A stretch of DNA of 63,599 bases, the filler included, from Octopus bimaculoides (lineage: Eukaryota), in NCBI RefSeq assembly GCF_001194135.2. It is 6 parts of 6 records of this genome, joined end to end, with 100 filler letters (N's around TTAATTAATTAA, not from the genome) between each part and the next. Parts side by side here need not be neighbours in the genome. Positions count along the whole stretch, not along the records: positions 5,303 to 34,540 come from NC_068989.1; 5 more parts are not named here. One strand, given 5' to 3'. Positions 11,803-25,900 of this stretch are shown in pieces; the stretch's first letter is position 1, and every line of letters begins with the position of its first letter. A program made the position numbers and the translations under genes. The notes below the pieces were generated by a model, which did no database searches, was not told the DNA's origin, and was given only the letters and a program-made list of their open reading frames with translations.

Positions 11803-11994
11803 GTGAGTTTATCTTGCCAAAGAAGGATGTTGTGGCTTGTTGCAGTCCTGAATATTTTATGAGGTTAGTGCTTGGCTGTTTGAGTTAAATTTTGGGTCTC
11901 ATTTCTAGCAATTATAAGTGCTATTTTGCACCCTCATTTATATACATATTTTGAAACATATATATAGTCAACAAGGAGTACAGTTAGACAGCTA

Positions 11995-12110
11995 TTTAAT
12001 AAACACTACACATGGGTGGAAGAGATCACTCAAAAGGCCTCCAATCAGGTGGGAAGATGATTTGAGAAAAATGTTTGGAGCAGCATGGAGGAGAATGGGG
12101 AGAGTATGAG
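11995..12110 (+). mobile_element. RTE-type ORF2 C-terminal fragment
   Basis: GWKRSLKRPPIRWEDDLRK...W resembles the RxxGRPxxRWxDD end of RTE-clade proteins. Confidence 0.55.
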
Positions 12111-12224
12111 GGGGATGATGTGGCTAATGTAGCTGACTTGGCACCAGGCAGCCTAGCTGATCCAGGTGATATATGAGTATTTTTGTGAATACGTATGCAT
12201 ATGTGTGTGGGTATATATATAAGT

Positions 12225-12625
12225 GAAAGCATGATTCTGTAGTGAAAAAGTTTGCTTCCCAACCACTTGGTTTTGGGTCCAGTCTCACAGTATAGTACAT
12301 TGGGTAAATGTTTTCTACTGTAGCACTGGCCCAACCAAGCTTTTTGAGTGGATTTGGTTGAGGGAAGCTAAAAGAAGCCTATTGTACATACTTTACACAT
12401 ATGGTATATATGTGAGTGTATGCTTGTGTCTCGCTATCTTGACATTACATGATAGTTGTAGATGAGTGTTACTGTCATACAAGCAGTATCATTCATTTCC
12501 AATGTTCTCTGAAAACAAGTTTGGCCATGCTTAGAAACAGGTGTAAGTTGGTGACAGGAATGGCATCTGGTCATAGAAAATCTGCCTCAATAAACTCTGT
12601 CCTACACATGCAAACATAGAAAGGT
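12225..12625 (+). mobile_element. Degenerate SINE with family-A head and RTE-like tail
   Basis: tttgcttcccaaccac...ccagtctcacag head; ttggtgacaggaatggcatctggtcatagaaaa tail. Confidence 0.55.
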
Positions 12626-13334
12626 GAATGGATGTTTAAATGATGAGTAGGCTGTGTGGCAAGAGGTTAATATTCATCATAAGATACCAGCACTAACACT
12701 ACACTTTCTTCATAAGTCCAGTGGCAATAGTTTTTATTTTAGCTGTGTTTTGCTGAATCCTTGTTTGTCGAAGTGATGAAAGAGTTCAGTATTTCTGCAG
12801 AGAAAGCTTCCACAATATCTGCCTGTATATTCTACACACTTAGTAATTCTTTTCCAGAAGTATACTTCTCTAATACTAGGGGAACCATCATATTCACATA
12901 CAAGTCAAGTATCAAATCACCTTCAGCCATTTCAAACATTAATGCAAAATATGTAGAATTTGCAGGACAAAAGAGGCGCAGAGAAATCATTATATGACTC
13001 AACAATTTATTCCTTGCATTCTATGTTAAAAGAACTGTTATCAACCTGATACATTACAACAGCAAAAGATGGAATGTTCTTTTTTAAATGTGTGTAAGAT
13101 TGTATGTCAGGCAGATAACTGTAGTTGATTGATTGATGTTGCTGCAGTTGCAATGATGAAGATGATGATGGTTGTGGTAATGAAACCTTGTTTCTTCATG
13201 ATGAGGAAGGAGTCTTTAGTTTGTTTGATTGTTATCTCTCAGCAACTTTCATTTTTAGCTTAGTGATGTCCTTTAACAACTCGTATGTCTATGTGTATGA
13301 CAGAATGTTGGTAGGTAGATTAATGTTTCTGTAT

Positions 13335-13366
<32 letters not shown>

Positions 13367-13577
13367 AAGAAAGAGGTTTGACTGATATCTTATACAATGC
13401 TGTCTCTGAGTGCAAAAGAGCCTTAGAAGATTAATTTAGAAAGAAATTTGAGACATCTTATGTACTTGGATTAAACTGACATAATCTCTAGTTGCAATTA
13501 AGATGATCTCTGTCAAGAGCTAAAATCATGGATTTATATAATCTGAAACTGAAAACCTCTAGAATGTTCTATTTGTA

Positions 13578-14858
13578 TTGGGTTGTCCAGAAAGTTCATG
13601 CTGATTTTTAAAGGAAAGAAAAAGGTCAATAAATATTTGCCATTACATTTTTAATCAACCAAATATGAACCATTTTGTTGCACAATGTGTCTCCATCTTT
13701 CCTTTAACTTGAAAATACCCTCTTCCCAGAATTGAGGTGGTTTCATGGCAAAGAATTCATCAAGGTATCTTTTTATGTCATCCAAGGAATTGAAATTTTT
13801 ACCATTAAGACTATTCTGCAGAGACCTGAATAAGTGGAAATCCAAAGGAGCAATATCTGGTGAATATGGAGGGTGGGGGTAACACATCCCAGCCGAGCTG
13901 CAGCAATTTTTGTTTGGTTCCCAAAGAAACGTGCAGTCTTGCATTATCATGTTGGAAAACAATACCCTTCCTGTTGGCCAATTCTGGACGTTTCTCTTGA
14001 ATTGCTACTTTTAACTTGTCCAGTTGTGTGCAGTATTTCTCAGTATTAATTGTCTGATTACTTGGGAGAAACTCATAGTACAGAATTCCTTTCCAATCCC
14101 ACCAGACACAAAGCAAGACTTTTTTAGGGTGAAGACCCGCTTTCGGGGTGGCTAAGGGTGGCTCATGTCGCTTATTCCAGGATCACTTTCTCTGAACATT
14201 TCAGTAGATAATCCATTTCTCATCACCTGTCACAATTTGCTTTAAAAAAGGCACGTTTTCATTCCGTTTATAAAGTGAATCACAGATGGAAATGTGATCC
14301 AAAAGGTTCTTCTCACACAAGTCATGTGGTACCCAAAGATCGTAGCGATTTGTGTACCCAAGCTTTACCAGGTGCTCATTAACGATGGATTTTGAAAGTT
14401 GAGGCTTTCTGCCAATTCTCGGGTTGTACAATGTGGGTTATTCTCAATTAATGACTTGATTTGGTCATCATCTGTAGTGGATGGTCTGTCTGATCGCTCT
14501 TTATCAATAAGGCTACGTTCTCCAGCTCAGAACCTTGCGAACCACTTCCATACAGTTCTTTCAGATAAAGAAACATCACTGTAAACTGTGCATATTTCTT
14601 TGGTTGCTTGTGAGGCATTTTTCCCTTTACGGAAAAAGAAAAGTATCAAATGCCAAAAATGAACTTTATCTTCCATTTTAAAGGGTTACAGAATTTACAC
14701 AGGTTATAGGAACATAAACCTTCTTCCACGAAAAGACAGCATAAACTGTGCTCTAAATGGAGGTGTAGTCAAATCCTATTTTATGGACTCAACCATGTTC
14801 TAAATTAAGTCAAAAGGTAAGCTACTATAAATCAGCATGAACTTTCTGGACAACCCAA
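13578..14858 (-). mobile_element. Full-length mariner DNA transposon (1281 bp), 30-bp TIRs, TA target duplication
   Basis: TA|ttgggttgtccagaaagttcatgctgattt ... aaatcagcatgaactttctggacaacccaa|TA. Confidence 0.95.
13651..14676 (-). pseudogene. Mariner transposase with stops and frameshifts
   Basis: MEDKVHF..., WVPHDL, TGDEKW, HDNAR, YSPDIAPLDFHLF, ...SYLVD*. Confidence 0.92.
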
Positions 14859-15544
14859 TAATTTTTGTGCATAAACTAAAACAGTTCTTTTGGTGTTTGT
14901 TGATGTTTATCACACCCACTCCCAGATGTGGTTGGTTGTAATATATATGTCAACAGGTGTGTTGGTTAACTGCATGGGTGTTTTATTGCTAGCTGTGATA
15001 AAAATGACCAGATATGTTTATTTTGAAGAGATGCAGGTTCAAGTTCAAATGCTGTAACAAACATTAAATCCAGGGAGGGATCTGCTACAAAACCAATAGG
15101 CCACGGGTCCTGACAAGTGTCCCGTCAATTATTCTCAAACAATGCAATCCATAGGTAGCTTCTATCAAAAAACAACAACCATTTCAATTTACCTCACATA
15201 ACTAAAATCTGTTATAATCTCTGGAAACCTACTATAGTGTCCTAAGAACAGCACCCCACTTCCTTTAACCTGCCAATCACTCTTTTTTAAAGGTATGTCT
15301 TCTATAAAGCTGAAAATGTTCTGGCATTATTTGTAGGCCAACACATTTTGAAGTATATTTGCTTGTACATCTTTAAAGTCTGTACATAAGTATTGTGGGT
15401 TCTTTTCCACTAATTCCCTTTTATGCTTCAAGCTATAATCACGTTTTTGTAATGCAAACTTAAAGCATATAAAGAGGGTTGTTTAAATACCCCAAACTGA
15501 TAGAAAAGTAGAATATTTTATATGTGGTTAAATTTGAAGGACAT

Positions 15545-15695
15545 TATCATCATCATCATCATCATCATTTAACATCTGCTTTCCATACTGGCATTGGTTG
15601 GATGGTTTGACTGAGAACTGGTAATCTGGAGAGCTGCACCAGGTTCCAATCTGATTTGGTGTGGTTTCTATGGCTGGATGCCCTTCCTAATGACA
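15545..15695 (-). mobile_element. RTE-type 3' tail, degenerate
   Basis: (cat)n followed by ttaacatctgctttccat...ggctggatgcccttcctaa. Confidence 0.75.
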
Positions 15696-16965
15696 GTGCA
15701 TGTATATTTATTCAACATGCTACATATAGCATAGAAAAAGTGTTTGATATTTTTTACTATGCATAGATTTTGAATACAGTAATAGAACATGCTGGTTTTG
15801 CAGAATTCTGCTTATTTGGGGGTGAAGGTAAAATCTTAAAATTGTTAAAATATAGTTTTTCAGTCAATGAAAGACTGAAAAAAAAACCTAAAATTTTTAA
15901 TGATTCAAATAAATCTCACATTTTATTGAAATTTGATTCAAATTTTAATTCAATCTTCAATTTTAAAAAGCATTTTGAACTTTGGTTTATGAAAATACTT
16001 CAGTTCTGTTACTTTGGAATTTCAAACAAAAATGAAAAAAAAAAATTAAATGAAAATTAAATTCATCTTCATTAAAAATATATCACAACTGTTATAACAG
16101 TAGTTTAAAAATCATTTTGTTTATGAATGAGATAACATGCTGTAGGTTATACTTATTTTAATGTTAATCAATGAATTAAAGAATACTAAAATTTAATTGT
16201 GATGAATCTTGTTTCTTTTATCATTAACGACATGAGAGAGAAATATCTCCAAATAGTAATTTATTTGGAACATTGTTTATTACCTTATTAATGCTGACAT
16301 TTCAGCTTTACTCACTAATATTTAATATTTTATCAAGTACATCAGAGAAAATGCCTTGCAGAATAGTTAAGGCTCTTAACAGTCTGGGTTCAACTCCTGT
16401 TGAGGTCAACATTGTTTTTCAGCTTTCCAGTGTCAATAAAATAAAGTACCAGTCTAGTACTAGGGTTAGTTTACTTGCCTATATCCTATCCCCAAATATG
16501 TGAGCTTGAGCTAAGACTAAAATTCAATATTGTATCTTACAGAAAAAGTGGCACACAACAGAATAGATGGTGTTGGTTGTATTTACGTTCCATTGTATTC
16601 TGATTTCAAAAGCCACCTTGCTTGACTTTGATTTTTTATAAAATCTAGGTTGATAAAATACATATCTCAGTCAAAACTGGGATAAAATACATACCAAGTG
16701 AGCATGGGACTTGGTAAAATGCATACCACTCAAGTACTGGTACTGATAAAATATACAACCAGTTAAGTTCTTTGGTCAATAAAATATGTACTAGTTTTCA
16801 CCTTCGCCAATGTACTATTCTATCACAAAGAATTTTCTCAGAGAAGTCTAATATTTAATTCCTACCAGCAAAATGAACTGAAGGAATTTGTAATTAAACC
16901 TCTTATCTAGAAATACGACTCAACTGTACTTGATTTGAACTCCAGACCAAGGGACCAACAGACAA

Positions 16966-19900
16966 GTATCTTAGCCACATGGTCTGTATGGAATTCTCAT
17001 TGGTTTCACTATAATGCCCTCACCACCAACAGTTTCCATAGTATCTTATTCTCTTAGCCATGTTATCTCTATGGCATTCTCGTTAGTTTCACTATAATGC
17101 CCTGTCTACAAACACATAGCTAAGAAGATAAAATACTAGAGAAACTGTTGGTAATAAGGGCATTATAGTGAAACCAAGGAGAATGCCATACACACAACAT
17201 GGCTGAGAGGAGAAGGTACTCAAGAAACTGTTGGTGATGTGGGCATTATAGTGAAACCAATGAGAATGCCATACATGCAACATGGCTAACAGGATAAGGT
17301 ACTACAGAAATAGTTTCTGTAGTATCCTATCCTCTTAGCCATGTTATCTATGGCATTAGCTATGTCTTAGTCATGTTGTCTATGTTGCACTATAATGCCT
17401 GCATCACCATCAGTTTCTGTATGTATCTCATCCTCTTAGCCATGTTGTCTTTATGGCATTCTCATTGGTTTCACTACAATGCACAGACCACCAACAATTT
17501 CTCTAGTATCTTATCCTCTTAGCAATGTTGTCTGTTTGGCATTCTTGTTGGTTTCACTTATAATGCCCTTACCACCAGCAGTTTCTGTAGTATCTTATCC
17601 TCGTAGCCATGTTGTCTATGGCACTGTCATTGGTTTCACTATAATACCCACATCACCATCAGATTGTGTAGTATCTTATCATCTTAGCCATGCTGTCTGT
17701 GGAGCATGCTCATTTATTTCACAGTAATGCTCTCACCAGTTCTGTAGTATCTTATCCATCACTATAATGCCCTCATCACCAACAGTTTCTGCAGTATCTT
17801 AGCCTCTTAACCATCTTGTCTATATGGCATTCATGTTGGTTTCACAATAAAGCCCTCATCATCAACAGTTTCTGAAGTATCTTATCCANNNNNNNNNNNN
17901 NNNNNNNNNNNNNNNNNNNNNNNNNNNNNNNNNNNNNNNNNNNNNNNNNNNNNNNNNNNNNTTGGTTTCACAATAAAGCCCTCATCATCAACAGTTTCTG
18001 AAGTATCTTATCCATCACTATAATGCCCTCATCACCAACAGTTTCTGTAGTGTTTGATCCATCACTGTAATGCCCTCATTGCCAACAGTTTCTGTAGTAT
18101 CTTATTCCCTTAGCCATGTTGTCTGTATGGCATTCACGTTGGTTTCACTATATTGCACTCACCACCAACAGTTTCCACAGTATCTTAATCCTCTTAGCTA
18201 TGTTGTCTGTATGACATTCTCGTTGGTTTTACTATAATGCCCTGACCACCAACAGTTTCTGCAGTATGTTAGCATCGAGTTTATGGCATTCACGTTCATT
18301 TCACTATAAAGTCCTCATCACCAACAAATTCTGTAGTATCTTATCTATAATACCCTCATCATCAACAGTTTCTGCAGTATCTGATCATCTTAGCCATGCT
18401 GTCTGTGTGGCATTCTTGTTGGTTTCACTATAATGCCCTCACCACCAACAGTTTCTGTAGTATCTTAGCCTCACAGCCATGTGTGGCATTCTTGTTGATT
18501 TCAGTAAAAAAACCCTCATCACCAACAAGGGTTTCTGTAGTGTCTTATCTTCTTAGCCATGTTGTCTGTATGGCATCCTCGTGGTTTCATCATAATGCCC
18601 TCAAACTAAGATTTTCTGGAGTATCTTATCCTCTTAGCCATGTTGTCTGTATGGCATTCTCGTAGGTTTCAATATAATGCCCTAACCACCTATAGTTTCT
18701 GTGGTACCTTATCATCTTAGCCATGCTGTCTGTGTAGCATTCTCGTTGGTTTCACCATAATGTTTACATCACTAAGTTTCTGTCGTATCTTCTCTTCTTA
18801 GACATGTTGTCTGTATGGTTTTTTTGTTGGTTGCACTGTGATGAATTTTCTGTAGTATCTTAACTCCTTAGCCATGTTGTTTGTATGGCATTCTCGTTTG
18901 TTTCACTATGATGCCATCACCACCAATATTTTCTGTAGTATCTTATAATCTTAGCCATGTTGTTGGTATGGATTTCTTGTTGGTTTCACTGTAGTGCCAT
19001 CACCAGCAATGTTTTCTGTAGTATCCCCTTAGTCATGCTGTGTGTATGGCGTCCACATTGGTTTCACCATAATGCCCTCACCTGCCACAGTTTCCATAGT
19101 ATCTTATCATCTTAGCCATGTTGTCTGTATGGCATTCTCATTGGTTTCAATATAATAGTCTCACCACTAACAGTTTCTGCAGTAACTTATCCACTTCACC
19201 ATGTTATCTGTATGGCATTGTCATTGGTTTCAGTATAATGCTCTCATTACCACCAGTTTCTGTAGTGCCTTATCCAACACTATTATGCTCTCATCACCAA
19301 CAGTTTCTGTAGTATCTTATCGCCTTAGCCACATTGTCTGTGTGGCATTCATGTTGGTTTCACTATAGCGTGCTCTTCACCAACTGATTCTGAAGTATCT
19401 TATCCATTGCTATAATGCCCTCACAACCAACAGTTCCTGTAGTGTCTTATCCAACACTATCATGCCCTCATTGCCAACAGTTTCTTACCCTCTTAGGCAT
19501 GTTGTTTCTGCAGTGCATTATTCATCACTCTATTGTACTGATCACCAACAGTTTCTGTAGTATATTATCCTCTTAGACATGTTGTCTTTACCGCATTGTC
19601 ATTTGTTCCACTATAATGCCGTTACCACCAACATTTCCTGTAGTATCTTATCATTTTAGCCATTTTGTGTGTATGGATATAGTGATAGATAAAATACTAC
19701 AGAAACTGATTGCTATGAGGATAAGATACTGCAAGATACCCTGACCACCAACAGTTTCTGCAATATCTCAGCCTCTTAGCTATCTTCTGTGTATGGTCCT
19801 CATCGCCAGCAGTTTCTGCAGTATATTATACATCACTATAATACCTTCATCATGAACTGTTTCTGTAGTATCTTATCCTCTTAGCCATGTTGTCTGTATG

Positions 19901-22900
19901 GCATTCTTGTTGGTCTCACTATAATGCCGTGACCTCCAACAGTTTCTGCTGTATCTTAGCCTCTTAGCCATCTTGTCTGTATGGCATTCTTGTAGTTTTC
20001 TCTATAATTCCCTCACCACTAAAAATTTCTGTGGTACCTTATTGTCTTAACCATGCTCTCTACATATCATTCTTGTTGGTTCACTATAATGGTCAACAGT
20101 TTCTGTAGTATCTTCTCTTCTTAGAGATGTGGTGTGCATGGCTTTTTTGTTGGTTTGATTATAATGCGCTCACCGGCAACAGTTTTTGTAGTACCTTATT
20201 CATAACTATAATGCCTCACGACTAACAGTTTCTATAGTATCTTATCTGCTTAGCCATGTTGTCTGTATGGCATTCTTGTAGGCTTCACCATAATGCCCTC
20301 ATCATCAACAGTTTCTATATTATCTTACCCATCACTATAATGCCCTCATCAACAACAGTTTCTGAAGTGTCTTATCTATCATTATAATTCCATAATGAAC
20401 AACAGTTTCTGCAGTATCTTACCTTCTTAGTCATGTTACCGTTATAGCATTCTTATTGGTTTCACTATAATGTGTACATCACCAACAGGTTCTGTAGTAA
20501 AAATGGCTTCGGCAGTCGCGCGCTGTTCCGCTGCCGCAGCCGTTGCAGCTGCTTGCCTAATTTTATTAGGAAGTAAGGTTTAGAATCGAAGGGCCTTTGA
20601 GTCAATGTTGCAATAACCAAAGTAAGTAGGAAGGCGAACACATCACAAACCCCTTCAGGTAGATGGCCCTGCTCAATCTGTAGAAAAGTGTAGGTAGAAA
20701 CTCCATAAGTTGTACCCATTGTAAGCTATGGACGCATAAGAGGTGCAGCAACATCAAGGGAAGGTTAACTGGGATGATAGCTTTTGTATGCGGCAGATGC
20801 ACAGGGGCAGTAAACACTGCAGATGTTCAGAAAACGGATTCCATCACAGGGGGAGAAACTAGAAGTAGTTGATAGCTTCTGCTACCTAGGTGACCAAGTC
20901 TGTAGTTGGGGTGGATACTCGGAGAGCGTTGCCACTAGAATAAGAATAGACCGGGCAAAGTTCAGAAAGCTCCTACCTCTACTGGTGACAAAGGGCCTCT
21001 CGCTCAGAGTGAAAGGTAGACTGTATGATGCATGTGTGTGAACTGTCATGCTACACGGCAGTGATACATGGGCCATGATTGTTGAGGACATGCATAAGCT
21101 TGAAAGAAATGAAGCTAGTATGATCTACTGGATGTGTAATGTCAGTGTGCACACACGACAGTATAAGTGCCCTCAGTGAAATGTTAGACGTAAGAAGCAT
21201 CAGATGTGGTGTGCAAGAAAGATGACTGCACTGGTATGGTCATGTGCTGCATATGGATGAGGAGAACTTTGTGAAGAAATGTCACTCCCTAACAGTGGAA
21301 GGAACCTGTGGAAGAGGGAGACCCAGGAAGACAAGGGATGAGGTGGTGAAGCATGGCCTTCGAACAATGATCCTCACAGAAGCAATGACGAAAGATCGAG
21401 ACCTCTGGAGATATACTGTGATTGAGATGACCTGGCAAGTAGAGTGAGATCACAGCTGTAGCCTATACCAGTGTCTCATAACCAGTCCATTTAAAATGTA
21501 CTTTTTGAATCTTCAGGCGACACGCTTTGCTTGAAGAGACCTATTCAGTGAAGTAAAATCAAAATCAAAAATCAAATCACAATGAAATGGAAATTGTAGT
21601 TGTGGCTGATGCCAGTGCTGCCTGACTGGCTCTCAGGCTGGTGACACGCAATAAGCACCATTCATACGTGGGTCGTTGCCAGTACTGCCTGGTGCCGCCT
21701 GACTGGCTCCCTGTGCTGATGGCATGTAAAAAGCTCCATCTGGATGTGGTCAATGCCAGCCCCTTGCCCCGACTGGCTCCTGTGCCAGTAACACATAAAA
21801 ATCACCATCCAAACATGGTCGATGCCAGTGTCACCTGACTGTGCTGCATTCACGATAATGCCATCACCACCAACATTTTCTGTAGTATGTGATGATCTTA
21901 GCCATGCTGTTGGTATGGATTTCTTGTTGGTTTCACTATAATCCCCTCACCAGCAATGGTTTCCATAGTATCTTTTCCTCTAAGCTATGCTGTGTGTATG
22001 GCGTCCACATTGGTTTCACCATAATACCATCAGCACCTACAGTTTCCATAATATCTTATCATCTTGGTCATGTTGTCTGTATGGCATTCTCATTGGTTTC
22101 TGTATAATGCCCTCATCACCAACAGTTTCTGTAGTATCTTATCATCTTAGCCATGTTGTCTGTATGGCATTTTTGTTGGTTTCACTATAATGCCCTAACC
22201 ATTAACAGTTTCTGCAATATCTTAGCCATCTTCGGTGTATGGCATTTTCATTGGTTTCACTAAAAAACCCTTATCACCAACAGTTTCTGTTGTATATTAT
22301 CCATCACTTATTATCCTCATCATGAACTGTTTCTGTACTATCTTAGCCTCTTAGCCATGTTGTCTGTATAGTATTCTTGTCGGTTGCACTATAATGCCCT
22401 CACCACCAACAGTTTCTGTGGTATCTTATTGTATTAGTCATGCTGTCTGCATAGCACTCTTGTTGGTTTCACTATATACACCCATATTACCAACAGTTTC
22501 TGTAGTATGTTCTCTTCTTAGAGATGTGGTGCGTATAGCTTTTTTGTTGGTTTGATTATAATGTGCTTACTAGCAACAGTTTTGTAGTACCTTATTCATC
22601 ACTGTGATGCATTCACCACCAACAGTTTCTGTAATATCTTATCCACTGAGCCTTGATGTCTGTATGGCATTCTCATTGGTTTCATTATAATACCTTCATC
22701 GCCAACAGTTTCTGTAGTTTCTTATCCTCTTATCTATGTTGTCTGTAGGGCATTCTCATAGCTTTCACTATAATGCTCCCATCATCAACAGTTTCTATAG
22801 TATCTTATCTACCACTGTAATGTACTCATGAACAACAGTTTCTGTAGCATCTTATCCCCTTAGCCTTTTTATCAGTATAGCATTCTTACTAGTTTTCACT

Positions 22901-25900
22901 ATAATGTGCAAATCACCAGTAGTTTCTGCAATACATTCTCCTCTTAGACATGTTGTCAGTATGGTTTTTCCATCGGTTTCTCTATAATGTCCTCATCACC
23001 AATAGCGTCTGTAGCATCTTATCATCTGAGCCATGTTGTCTGTATGGCATTCGTGTTGGTTTCACTGTAATGCCCTCACCCCCAGCAGTTTTTGTAGTAT
23101 CTTATCCTGCTAGTCTTGTTGTTTCTATGGCATTCTTATAAGTTTCACTATAATGCCTTCACCATGAACATTTTCTGTAGTTTCTTATCATCTGAGCCAT
23201 ATTCTCTGTATGGTATTCTCGGTTTCATTATAATGTCCCCACCACCAACAGTTTCTGTAGTATTTTATACTCTTAGCTGTGGTATTTGTATAGCATTGTT
23301 GTTGGTTTCGATACAATGACCCCATCACCAACAGTTTCTGTTGTACCTTTTCCTCTTAGGCATTGCATGGCATTCTCAATGGTTCAACTATAATGCCCTC
23401 ATCATGAATAGTTTCTGTTTTATCTCATCCTTTAAGCCATGTTGTCTATAGCTTTTCATTGGTTTCACCATAATGCCCTCACTACCAGCAGTTTCTGTAG
23501 TACATTATCCTCTTAGCCACGTTGTCTGTATGGCATTCTTATTGGTTTCACAATGATGACGTGGTTTCACTATGATGCCCACAGTACCAATACCATGCTC
23601 TCTGTATGGCATTTGCATTGCTTTCACTATAATGCCCCCACCAGCGGTAGTTTCTGTAATATCTTTTCCTCTTAGGCATATTGTGTGCATGGCATTCTCG
23701 TTGTTTTAACCGTAATGCCCTCATTATGACTTGTTTCTTTAGTATCTTATCCTCTTAGCCATGTTGTCTATGGCATTCATGTTTATTTCCCTATAATGCC
23801 CACAACACTAACAGTTTCTTGAGTACTTTATCCTTTCACCCATGTTGTGTGTATGGTATTCTCTTTGGTTTCACAACAATGCACTCACCACTAACAGTTT
23901 CTCTAGTATCTTATCCTCTTATCTATGTTGTCTGTATGGCTTTCTCGTTGGTTTCAGTATAAAGCCCTCCTCACCAACTGTTTGTTTAGTATCTTATTCA
24001 TCACTATAATGCCCTCGTCACCAACAGTTTCCGTAGTATGTTATTGTCTTAACCATGTGGTCTGTATGGCATTCTTGTTGGTTTCACTATATTGCCCTCA
24101 CCACCAGTATCTTAACCTCATGGCCATGTTGTCTGTATTGCATTCTCGTTTCAATAGAATGCCCTGACCACCAACAGTTTCTGCGGTATCATAGCCTTGT
24201 AGCCATCTTGTTTCAATATAATGTCCTAATCACCAACAGTTTCTGTTGTCTCTTATCCATCACTATTATACCCTCATAACCAACTGTTTCTGTAGTGTCT
24301 TATCCATCACTATTATGCCCTAATTACCAACAGTTTCTGCAGTATCTTAGCCTCATAGTCATGTTGTCTGTATGGCATTCTTGTTGGTTTCACTAGAATG
24401 CCCTGACCACCAACAGTTTCTGCATTATCTTAGCCTCATAGCCATCTTCTGTGTATGGCACTTTTGTTGGCTTCACTATAAAGCCCTCATCACCAACAGT
24501 TTCTGTAGTATCTTATCCATCACTATAATACCCTTATCACCAACAGTTTCTGTAGTATCTTATTATCTTAGCCATGTTGTCTGTATGGTATTTTTGTTGG
24601 TTTCACTATATTGCCCTCACAACCAACAGTTTCTGCAGTATCTTAGCCTCATAGCCATGTTGTCTGTATGACATTCTCGTTGGTTTCACTAGAATACCCT
24701 GACCACCAACAGTTTCTGTACTATCTTCGCCGTGTAGCCATCTTCTGTATTTGGCATTTTTGTTGGTTTCACTATAAAGTTCTCATCACCAACAGTTTCT
24801 GTAGTATCTGATCCATCACTATGATGTCCTCATCACGACCAGTTTCTTTAGTATCTTATCCTCTTAGCCATGTTGTGTATATGGCATTCTTGTTTGTTTT
24901 GCTATAATGCCCTCATCACCAAGTGTCTCTAGCATCTTATCATATTGTCTGTATGACATTTGTGTAGCTTTCACTATAACTCCCTCACCACAGGCAGTTT
25001 CTGTCGTGTCTTATGCTGCTAGTCTTGTTTGTATGGCATTCTTGTAGGTTTCACTATAATGCCCTCACCATCTTATCCTGTTAGCCATGTTGTGTGTGTG
25101 GCATTCTCCTTGGTTTCACTATGAATCACTCACCACCAACATTTTCTGTAGTCTCTTATCCTCTTAGCCATGTTGTGTATAGCATTTTTGTTGGTTTTAC
25201 TATAATGCCCACATCACCATCAGTTTTTGTAGTATCTTATCGTTTTAACCATGTCTTTATGGCATCCTTGTTTTAACTGCAATGCTTGGACCACGAACAG
25301 GTTCTCTAGTGTCTTATCCTCTTAGCCATTTTGCCAGTATGGCGTTGTCGTAGATTTCACTATAAATTCCTCTTCACCAACTGTTCTTGTAGTATCTTAT
25401 CCATCACTGTAATGTCCTTATCAACAATAGTTTCTGTAGTTTCATATCCTCTTAGCCATGTTGTCTGTATGGCATTCTCATTGGTTTTACTATGACGCCC
25501 TCAATACCAACAGTTTCTGTATTTTATCCTCTTAACCATGTTGTGTGCATGGCATTTTCATAGTTTCACTTTAATGTCTTCACCATAAATAGCTTCTGTA
25601 GTATCTTATTCTTGTAGCCATGCTGTCTGTATGGCCTTCTCATTGGTTTCACTATAATACCCTCACCACCAAGTGTTTCTGTAGTACCTAATCCTCTTAG
25701 CCATATTGTCTGTATGGCATTCTGATTTGTTTCACTACAATGCCCTCATCACGAACAGTTTCTATAGTATTGCATCCTCTTAGCCATGTTTTCTGTGTGG
25801 CATTCTTGTTGGTTTTACTATAATGCCTTCATCACTAACAGTTTCATTAGTATCTCATCTCCTTAGGCCTGTTGTTTATATGGCATTCTCGTTTATTTTA

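Larger units (their letters stand above)
10205..11935 (+). repeat. Diverged tandem duplication of an approximately 400-bp unit; second copy split by a SINE
   Basis: 10238-10559 aligns with 11583-11933 (gatcaaattt...ataaggttttatcaa...gtgagtttatcttgccaaaga...ctcatttctagcaatt); 10610-10634 repeats 10210-10234. Confidence 0.8.

Noticed and set aside
12700-13000. Short ORFs on both strands in unique-looking sequence
   Set aside because: No recognisable motif or convincing splice boundaries; stops in candidate frames.
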